Virus record (IMG/VR): IMGVR_UViG_3300030376_001142
Span: 1 to 34,188 of that record
DNA: 34,188 bases
Origin: a virus
Taxonomy: Duplodnaviria > Caudoviricetes
Direction: 5' to 3' (one strand)
Position numbers and translations under genes: made by a program
Notes under the pieces: generated by a model
Seen by the model: the letters and a program-made list of their open reading frames with translations, nothing else
What the model was told of the DNA's origin: nothing
Databases searched by the model: none
Part shown: piece after piece, positions 26,774-33,439 of the stretch
Layout: the number at the start of each line of letters is the position of its first letter
How positions within the stretch are numbered: position 1 is the first letter of the stretch

Positions 26774-28743
26774 GTGTTTCTTGAAGATTGTAGCTGTAAT
26801 TCTGCTATTCTTGCTTTTGTATCTATATCTTTTTCTTTTAAAGCAACATTAGCTAGTTTTATACGCTTTTCAAACTCTTTTGTAGGATCATCAGCCTCTC
26901 CTAAGTACTTAGAAGCACTAGCAGCTACTTTTGCTTGCATTTCTGTAGGTTTTAGCTGTGTTTCTACTGCTTCAGACTGTGTTTTAGCCTGTTTTAGCTG
27001 TATATCTGCCTGTAAATCAGCTAATTCTAGCTGTGTTTTTTGCATTTCCATTTGCATAGTTGCTTGTTCAGCTTGTGCTTGCTGTGGATCAGGTTGCATC
27101 ATCTGTTGTAACTGTGCTATAAGTGTTTCTCTGTTACTTAAACCAGAGTTTTCTATAACTGCTGACAGTATCAAAGGAACTATAGGTGATTCTGCTCCTA
27201 ATGTTTTTAATAAATTAAGAAATTGCATTTGTTCATGTTCTCTTGCTATTATACCTAAGTTACTAGAAGGTATAAATACAAAGTCTTGTGCAGGATATCT
27301 TTCAGGATCAAACTGCATAAACCTGTGAGCAGCTTTAGTAACAAAAGGAATTAAAAATTGTTCTTGAAAATTTACTAAAGTTCTTTTGTTCTTTTTAATA
27401 ATTGATGATAAAGCTACTGACATTCCTTGTCCTTCACCTGTAGTCATAGCAGGTAAAGAAGCACTGTCTACTGTACTGGTAGCCATTAGCAACATATTCA
27501 TAAAGCTACTAGCAGTATTTATGTTAGATGGATCAGTATTACCAAACTTAAATGGTTGTAGTATTTCTGCTGGATTACCATTAGTAAGTATTGTTTTACC
27601 AGCTTTAACTTCAAACTTAGCTCCTCTAGGTAGTCTAGTAGCATCTATAGCCATCATAGGCACAGTAGATAAAGCCACACTATCTAAGTGCGCTCTTATT
27701 TGTGCATCAATAGCTTTTTGCATATTAAAACCTTTTTCAGCTATACCACGACCCCAGAACCTGTTAGGTATAGTATCGCTTTGAAAAGCTACTATAGGTC
27801 TGTCATTCATCATATATGGAGATTCTTCTGCTTTTAATAAATGACCATCATTAGCTATAACAACTATTGCTTCTACTAAGTCTGTGTAGTCTGCTGCTTC
27901 TGAACCATACTCATCTGACTTCTTGTTAAATAACTCCTGGTACTTATCTTCATTATCTTGATTATCTAACATATACTTTGGTATGAGTCCATAGTATCTT
28001 AATAACTTTACTCTATTACCTCCATAGTCTGATACTTCCTGAGATACTTCTAAATCAGAATCAACAGAAGTAGAAGATAAATCTGTAACAGTATTATATA
28101 CACCATTTTCCATAGCTTGTGTTACAGAGTGTAGTGATACAAACTCTTCTATAGCACAGCCAAGAGCTTCTTGAACATTAGAAGCTGTAGGATCAATTAA
28201 GAAGTTGTATGGTGTAATTGGTTTTAAGCCAACACAGAATCTTTCTTGTTCTATTACACCAACAGCAGTATTACCAGATTCTATGATAGGCTGCATAGCT
28301 GGTTTTAGTTCTTTCTTTTCATATACAGTTATTTCACCAATACCTGTACCATACAAAGCAGATAACAATATTATATCTGATATAGATTTTCTAATATATC
28401 CCTTTTTAAAATCTTCTGTCATTTGGTTTCTGATAGCTTCTATATCAAGTTTTTGATTGTCCATTCTATCATCAGAGATATCAAAGAACTTCTCACCTCT
28501 GCCAAACACAGCTTCTTCTATTTCTGCTGTATGAGCCTCTATAGCCTGTTGTAGAGCAGGAGTAATGATACGAGACCTCTCAGAGTCTCTGGTGCGATCA
28601 GAAGAGTCATATATGCCTCTCCAGAGCCTTTCATACTCTTTCCATGTGTCAAGATAGTTAGTATCTCTGTTTACTCTCCATTGGTCACATTGACCTAGTA
28701 CCCATGATACTAAAGGGTTTACTGAAAAACTTTCATTATACAT
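26770..28743 (-). CDS. Portal protein
   Basis: 657 aa downstream of terL; LYGTG, FLIDP, FWGRGIAE, Gln-rich C-terminal coiled coil (P22-like barrel). Confidence 0.92.
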   Translation of the reverse strand: MYNESFSVNPLVSWVLGQCDQWRVNRDTNYLDTWKEYERLWRGIYDSSDRTRDSERSRIITPALQQAIEAHTAEIEEAVFGRGEKFFDISDDRMDNQKLDIEAIRNQMTEDFKKGYIRKSISDIILLSALYGTGIGEITVYEKKELKPAMQPIIESGNTAVGVIEQERFCVGLKPITPYNFLIDPTASNVQEALGCAIEEFVSLHSVTQAMENGVYNTVTDLSSTSVDSDLEVSQEVSDYGGNRVKLLRYYGLIPKYMLDNQDNEDKYQELFNKKSDEYGSEAADYTDLVEAIVVIANDGHLLKAEESPYMMNDRPIVAFQSDTIPNRFWGRGIAEKGFNMQKAIDAQIRAHLDSVALSTVPMMAIDATRLPRGAKFEVKAGKTILTNGNPAEILQPFKFGNTDPSNINTASSFMNMLLMATSTVDSASLPAMTTGEGQGMSVALSSIIKKNKRTLVNFQEQFLIPFVTKAAHRFMQFDPERYPAQDFVFIPSSNLGIIAREHEQMQFLNLLKTLGAESPIVPLILSAVIENSGLSNRETLIAQLQQMMQPDPQQAQAEQATMQMEMQKTQLELADLQADIQLKQAKTQSEAVETQLKPTEMQAKVAASASKYLGEADDPTKEFEKRIKLANVALKEKDIDTKARIAELQLQSSRNT

Positions 28744-28747
28744 ATTG

Positions 28748-29341
28748 CTATTCCTCTTCTAAACTAGAACGCATTAAAGGATTATTTAATAATTCTTCTA
28801 CTTCTTGTGTTTGTAACTTGTTTTTTATTAATTGTTTTGCTTCATTTAGTATTTGTATTTGTTGCGGTGTGTATAAACCTTCATTTATTAAATCTTCAGA
28901 AGAAACATTACCAAACTGATTAAATGTATAACCTCTAAATAACTCAGGTATGCCTGTTCGTTTAGACCACACCTCAAATGGTCTTTTTTCACCAAATTCT
29001 TTATGTTTTTGATATCGTTTTTCTATTTGACCAGGTTGAAGAGACTGTTTAAATTTATCATATACTGCTTTAAAATCAGGGTCTGTTTCTACTAAAGTAT
29101 GAGAAACAATATCTCCTACAATATCTATTGGTCTAGTGTTTTCTTTATATACCTCAATACCAGACTCATCTAATGGTATTTCTTTAGGTCTAGGAGACTC
29201 TTTACTACCAGGCTCTCCTGCTACCCATTGTTCTAAAAAATAATCTTTTTCTTTTCCAATATTAAATATAATATTTTTAGGGTCTAAGTATTTATCTAAA
29301 TTTGGATATTCTGAGTATGTTTGTTGTATTAAATTTTCCAT
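28748..29341 (-). CDS. Hypothetical protein between terL and portal
   Basis: 197-aa ORF that tightly fills the gap; no recognisable motif. Confidence 0.75.
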   Translation of the reverse strand: MENLIQQTYSEYPNLDKYLDPKNIIFNIGKEKDYFLEQWVAGEPGSKESPRPKEIPLDESGIEVYKENTRPIDIVGDIVSHTLVETDPDFKAVYDKFKQSLQPGQIEKRYQKHKEFGEKRPFEVWSKRTGIPELFRGYTFNQFGNVSSEDLINEGLYTPQQIQILNEAKQLIKNKLQTQEVEELLNNPLMRSSLEEE

Positions 29342-29348
29342 AATTTTT

Positions 29349-30602
29349 TTAGTATCCTGCTACTATATCTAGTGGTTCAAACTCTTCTTCTTCATAGTGT
29401 TGCATATATTCTGGTATCTGTATTTGATCTATATAAGACAAAGCATCTACTAAGTCATCATGTACTTGTGGGTTAGGAAACTGTAGCAACTGGTCTAAAA
29501 ACTCCATATTCCAACTACCTTTATTAAGATAGAGTCTGCCATGTTCTAACCTACCCTGTAAAGCCCATGTAATCCTATCAATCTTTTTCTTGTTACCATG
29601 AGTAACATCATCTATACGAAAGTATCTATTGTACTTTCTCATCAAATCTGATATGTAAGGCAACACAGCGTTCTTTAATGAGCCTTTCTCAATACCTACA
29701 CATATTGGCTCATAGTCTGATACAGCTTGAAATATCTTTTGTGCTGTTTCTTTTGTTCCCCATCTACCATGTTCAATAGACTTAACCCACCATTTATTCT
29801 GGTCTACTTTAACAACCGCTATAGCTGTTTGGTCTAGCCTTTTCTTTCTAGCTGTGTTAGCATGAACTACATCAGCAAAACCAGCTAAGTCTACAGCAAT
29901 AAAGTATCTGCCATCTTTAGGCTCATCTCTATCAAACTTAATCCATTCTTCTTTAAATATACCACCACTAGCTGCTTCAAACGAAGCCATAAACTCTTGT
30001 CTAAATGCAAAGCTAGACATAGACTTTCTAGCTGCTTCTATCTCTTTAGGGTCTAGTAACTCATTATCAAATGAACTGTAGTGCCATGCTTTAAACTCTT
30101 CATCTTTATCAGAGTTAGCGTAGTTATACAGGTCATAGAAGTGATTACGACCAAAAGGAGTACCTATAAACAACGCAGAGCCTTTCTGGTCAGCTAAAGC
30201 TGGTCTGATAATAGTTTCCCATACTTCAGACTTCATAGAGCCGTACTCATCTAATACTACAAACTTAAGTGACACTCCTCGCATTGTTTCTGGTCTATCA
30301 GCACCCTTTAGAGATATTTTAGTACCATTAATTAATTTAATCTGTAAGTTGTTAATATGAGAGGATTCTATTACAGGGTGTGCTATCTCTAGCAAGGTAG
30401 ACCACATAACATCTCTTGCCTGCCCCTGAGTGTTGGCTATATACCACACATGACCCTTCTCAGTCTGTAAAGCATTAACTATTAACATATACGCAGCTAG
30501 TCTGGACTTACCAGTTCTTCTACCAGCAGCTACTACCTTAAACCTTGTAGAGTCATTCCACACACTCTGTTGCCACTTTAACAACTCAATATCTAATTCC
30601 AT
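29349..30602 (-). CDS. terL: Terminase large subunit
   Basis: RFKVVAAGRRTGKS, VVLDEY, FIGTP, FRQEFMASF, AVDLAG, HDDLVDAL. Confidence 0.96.
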   Translation of the reverse strand: MELDIELLKWQQSVWNDSTRFKVVAAGRRTGKSRLAAYMLIVNALQTEKGHVWYIANTQGQARDVMWSTLLEIAHPVIESSHINNLQIKLINGTKISLKGADRPETMRGVSLKFVVLDEYGSMKSEVWETIIRPALADQKGSALFIGTPFGRNHFYDLYNYANSDKDEEFKAWHYSSFDNELLDPKEIEAARKSMSSFAFRQEFMASFEAASGGIFKEEWIKFDRDEPKDGRYFIAVDLAGFADVVHANTARKKRLDQTAIAVVKVDQNKWWVKSIEHGRWGTKETAQKIFQAVSDYEPICVGIEKGSLKNAVLPYISDLMRKYNRYFRIDDVTHGNKKKIDRITWALQGRLEHGRLYLNKGSWNMEFLDQLLQFPNPQVHDDLVDALSYIDQIQIPEYMQHYEEEEFEPLDIVAGY

Positions 30603-31129
30603 TATTGTTCTACTGTTTCTATAGAGTCTACAGAGTCTATAGTGACTTGTTGGGGTTCTGTTGCTACATTAGATATGTTAATTGTTACACCTTTATTAAG
30701 TTGTTTATCCTTTTCAAATATAGATACAGGTAATGCTCTATCCATCAGTAGCTTTAGTGCTGCCATCTGATGAGGGTGTTCATCTTGCATAGCTATGTCT
30801 ATAGTTTTCTTTAGAACCCTATCACCATTAGTAATCAACATTCTAGCCATCAGTTCTCTGATCTTGGCTGTTTCTTCTCTCTTAGATACTAAAGAGCTTT
30901 TCTTTCTCTTTGTCTTAAGAGCTACATACTCCATCTCTTTCTTAGAGGGTCTACCTCGCTTACGTTTCTGTTTAGAGCCTACAGGTGTTAGTTGTTTAGC
31001 TTTGTTTGCATATGTTCTAATTCTCTTCTCAGGCTCAGTTGAGGAAGGAGAGAGAGAAGTTACTCCTGGTACAACATTCTTTGAGTGTTCATCATAGCTC
31101 TGTGTTGAGTCTTTGTTGTCTATTGTCAT
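30602..31129 (-). CDS. terS: Probable terminase small subunit
   Basis: First late gene, coupled to terL; KRKRGRPSKK, QMAALKLLMDR.LP, VTINIS; start placed at ATG 31129. Confidence 0.7.
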   Translation of the reverse strand: MTIDNKDSTQSYDEHSKNVVPGVTSLSPSSTEPEKRIRTYANKAKQLTPVGSKQKRKRGRPSKKEMEYVALKTKRKKSSLVSKREETAKIRELMARMLITNGDRVLKKTIDIAMQDEHPHQMAALKLLMDRALPVSIFEKDKQLNKGVTINISNVATEPQQVTIDSVDSIETVEQ

Positions 31130-31211
31130 TGATTTGCCTATATTGTTAATATAGATCAATATTGATTTTATTAATCTAAAGTGTTCTTAAGGGTTCTAAA
31201 TGGTAACTATA

Positions 31212-31230
31212 AGTGATAATCACTCTCAAT
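31212..31230. promoter_or_regulatory. Fur-box-like site in the late leader
   Basis: TGATAAT-C-ACTCTCA (31214-31228) vs the 7-1-7 consensus TGATAAT-N-ATTATCA. Confidence 0.5.
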
Positions 31231-31347
31231 CCCAAGAGACGCTCTCAATCCCACTTGACCGCATTGGTCTAAGTTGAGAGCAAGAGTGTTCGTTATACTT
31301 CTGTGCTGAGTCTTTATTGTCTATATACCCCTTTATACAATGTAGAG

Positions 31348-31376
31348 ATTATAGCATATTTTTAGTGATTTGTCAA
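31348..31376 (-). promoter_or_regulatory. Consensus sigma70 late promoter with extended -10
   Basis: Minus strand TTGACA-17 nt-TATAAT with TG at -15/-14, pointing into terS. Confidence 0.9.
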
Positions 31377-31466
31377 GTCCTATTTTGACTTTTTTAGTGA
31401 TTGTGTGGGCTCAGCATAATTATACAGCACAGCACTACCCCACCCCCCTATACTTTAGTATCAGTA

Positions 31467-31569
31467 TGCAATAATCGTGCCAAGTTTGCCTGGCAAGAAC
31501 TGTGCCACAATGTTGCCAGGGTTATTCAATAGTGGCACAAATGTTGCTTGCAAGCAATAATTATGCCAG
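31467..31569. promoter_or_regulatory. Cluster of sigma54 (RpoN) -24/-12 sites
   Basis: (-)31467-83 TTGGCACGATTATTGCA; (-)31492-508 GTGGCACAGTTCTTGCC; (+)31532-48 GTGGCACAAATGTTGCT; (-)31553-69 CTGGCATAATTATTGCT; weaker GG-N10-GC sites at (+)31490-506 and (-)31503-19. Confidence 0.85.
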
Positions 31570-31581
31570 TTTAGCCGGTTA

Positions 31582-31666
31582 TGCACTACATTGGTGCGTT
31601 ATGCACCGCAGCGGTGCGTGTGTCTGTTATGCACCACATAGCGCCATTATGCACCAATACAGGGCA
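31582..31666. promoter_or_regulatory. Four tandem NtrC-type boxes (TGCACC-N5-GGTGCA)
   Basis: TGCACTACATTGGTGCG (31582), TGCACCGCAGCGGTGCG (31602), TGCACCACATAGCGCCA (31630), TGCACCAATACAGGGCA (31650); each preceded by TTA. Confidence 0.75.
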
Positions 31667-31705
31667 ATACAGTTAATCATACTTTAGTATTGTATAACAA
31701 TGATT

Positions 31706-31773
31706 TACTAATGATTATCATTAGGTAATATTAATTAATATCATTACTATTATTTAATGATAATTAGTATATT
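31706..31773. promoter_or_regulatory. Fur box with adjacent partial Fur-like sites
   Basis: Palindrome CTAATGAT-T-ATCATTAG (31708-24), 15/19 match to GATAATGATAATCATTATC; further AATGATA half-sites near 31738-45 (minus strand) and 31756-64. Confidence 0.7.
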
Positions 31774-31778
31774 AATAT

Positions 31779-31807
31779 TTGACATATTAGCCGGTTAAAT
31801 ATAATAT
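31779..31807 (+). promoter_or_regulatory. Early sigma70 promoter 1
   Basis: TTGACA-17 nt-TAATAT with AT-rich UP-like DNA upstream. Confidence 0.75.
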
Positions 31808-31812
31808 AGTTG

Positions 31813-32170
31813 GTAAGTTTGTTAGTTTGTAAAATTACATAGTTTTACTAGATGGCTCACAATATAGGCTCTCTGAAAAGGTAAAACCAAGACTAACAAA
31901 CGAGTAATGCTACTACTACTTATGGTATTAGTAGAAACATATATAGTTAGCCTTAAGTACTATTTAACTGTCTGAAGAGCCTATGAGCATTAATGTGAGC
32001 CAGACTAAATAAATTAGTGATAGATTCCTAACCATATTTGAATAATAACTGTATAGTTATTCGTAGGCGTTTGAGATTATTCAATACTACAGTTTTACAT
32101 AATTATACAAAATGTTATTATTCATTAAATTACTTTATAATTGTCAAAGTAATTCAATGAATAATAATAA
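31813..32170 (+). ncRNA. Candidate structured ncRNA or early leader
   Basis: No ORF of 60 aa or more; begins at the promoter 1 start site; several long complementary segments; ends in a 22-bp hairpin. Confidence 0.5.
32115..32167. repeat. 22-bp inverted repeat (1 mismatch, 9-nt loop)
   Basis: TTATTATTCATTAAATTACTTT ... AAAGTAATTCAATGAATAATAA. Confidence 0.9.
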
Positions 32171-32185
32171 TTTTAAAGGGTAATA

Positions 32186-32620
32186 ATGAAGCGTAGACAA
32201 TACACTTATGAACAACTAAGAGATATAGGCCATAAGCATTACAAAGATAGTAACTTTTGTACGCTTGTGGCTATTGCTCTTAGTTGTAAAGTCCCATTTG
32301 GGATAGCTTATGGCAAGACTAAAGAGCTAGTTAATAGAAAACATAAAAAAGGTTTATTTCGAGATCAATATTTAACAGTTATAGAAAGTTTAAACTGTGT
32401 TGTTTCACGTTTTAAAAAAGATCATTTACGAATCAATAGATGCTACTACTTCAGTAAAACTTTTAGTCAAGTGATCAGAGATTTACCCACTAAGGGTATA
32501 TTTTTAATTATGACTAATGGTCATGTATCAACTTACATTGACGGCTCATTGCAAGATTGGGTTAAACGTAATAGTCGTAAAAGAGTCGATAGTGTTTTTG
32601 AGGTAACTAGACAATTTTAA
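32186..32620 (+). CDS. First early gene, putative papain-fold (C39-like) Cys-His-Asp protein
   Basis: DSNFCTLVAIA, G.FLIMTNGHV..YIDG...DW. Confidence 0.65.
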   Translation: MKRRQYTYEQLRDIGHKHYKDSNFCTLVAIALSCKVPFGIAYGKTKELVNRKHKKGLFRDQYLTVIESLNCVVSRFKKDHLRINRCYYFSKTFSQVIRDLPTKGIFLIMTNGHVSTYIDGSLQDWVKRNSRKRVDSVFEVTRQF

Positions 32621-32628
32621 TTTAATGT

Positions 32629-32658
32629 TTGACAAATTAAAATTAATTGTATTACAAT
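32629..32658 (+). promoter_or_regulatory. Early sigma70 promoter 2
   Basis: TTGACA-18 nt-TACAAT; part of a repeated cassette. Confidence 0.65.
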
Positions 32659-32688
32659 ATTATTATATTAATTAAGAGAGGATTTATT

Positions 32689-32964
32689 ATGTTAAGTATA
32701 GACATTGCTTTGTACCACCAAGAAACTGTGAAAATGAATGGTAATTTTAAAACTGTTGAGGCTGAATCAAAAGAAGATTTAGTGGTTATTTTAGAGGACG
32801 AAGACAACAAAAAATATTTGTATTTATTGCCTAAAGTTTTTAATTATAAAAACAATGTTTATAAAAGTTTGAATAGTTTCATTGCTACAGCTTTTCCTGA
32901 TGAAAATGTGATGGATTGGGTAATGACCGCTGAAAGCTATGGTGACTATACAATTAAAGAATAA
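32689..32964 (+). CDS. Hypothetical early protein
   Basis: Start placed at ATG 32689 (GAGG SD) rather than the track start at 32647. Confidence 0.7.
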   Translation: MLSIDIALYHQETVKMNGNFKTVEAESKEDLVVILEDEDNKKYLYLLPKVFNYKNNVYKSLNSFIATAFPDENVMDWVMTAESYGDYTIKE

Positions 32965-32965
32965 T

Positions 32966-32996
32966 TTGACATATTAAAATTAACGTGTATTATTAT
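32966..32996 (+). promoter_or_regulatory. Early sigma70 promoter 3
   Basis: TTGACA then TATTAT at 16 nt; near-copy of the promoter 2 cassette. Confidence 0.65.
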
Positions 32997-33026
32997 TATT
33001 ATATTAACTAATAAGGAGCTTTAAAA

Positions 33027-33254
33027 ATGAAACTTAAACCAATAGGTAGCAACATGACAGAGTTAAATATAAACGGAATATCAATTTTATTCAGCTACGA
33101 AACACCTGTTGCTGGTTATAACTCGAACGGACCTTTTAAAACTGATCAGCATTATTCCAAAACGACAACTAGGCATATAAATAAGTATTTAGGTAAGGAT
33201 AGTGGCAGATTGGTATCTCAAGAATTTATTAATAATTTAGTTAAGGAGCTTTAA
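33027..33254 (+). CDS. Phage early hypothetical protein
   Basis: LFSYETPVA...YSKTTTRHIN pattern; TAAGGAG SD. Confidence 0.85.
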   Translation: MKLKPIGSNMTELNINGISILFSYETPVAGYNSNGPFKTDQHYSKTTTRHINKYLGKDSGRLVSQEFINNLVKEL

Positions 33255-33256
33255 AA

Positions 33257-33439
33257 ATGAATAAAGATTTTTTAACCCACGCTCAAAAATGTATTAACTA
33301 TTTCAAACATGGTGTTGCTGACGGACTAATCAACGGCAGTATGAAAGAAGGTTTTCGAGGGCACTTTTACAAACAAGGCTACGATTTTGGACTAACTTTA
33401 TATTACAGACTAGAAAGTGAGAGTGAAGATGAAAATTAA
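33257..33439 (+). CDS. Hypothetical early protein
   Basis: TAAGGAG SD; FKHGVADG...YKQGYDFG. Confidence 0.75.
   Translation: MNKDFLTHAQKCINYFKHGVADGLINGSMKEGFRGHFYKQGYDFGLTLYYRLESESEDEN

Noticed and set aside
26774-28456. + strand ORFs opposite the portal, and similar ones at 16616, 19377, 11746 and 30795
   Set aside because: Antisense shadow frames with no motifs or translation signals.
31146-31159. FNR-like box TTAAT-ATAG-ATCAA upstream of terS
   Set aside because: Single copy with one mismatch in very AT-rich DNA; cannot be told from chance.
31579-31666. TTATGCAC repeats as a mini-CRISPR array or iterons
   Set aside because: Units are 20-28 bp and internally palindromic, with no unique spacers of CRISPR length and no cas or rep gene.
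31502-31687. 61-aa ORF in the control region
   Set aside because: GTG start without SD and odd composition; it is a by-product of the GC-richer sigma54/NtrC repeats.
31873-31985. Hammerhead ribozyme (CTGAAGA at 31972, CTGAAAA at 31873, GAAAC at 31934)
   Set aside because: I could not assemble CUGANGA, stem II and GAAA in the right order with stems I and III; kept only as part of the structured RNA candidate.
32049-32064. LexA-like CTGTATAG
   Set aside because: The right half (ACAG at the correct spacing) is missing, and there is no sign of a temperate lifestyle.
32119-32147. Minus-strand TTGACA inside the 22-bp hairpin
   Set aside because: No credible -10 at 16-18 nt.
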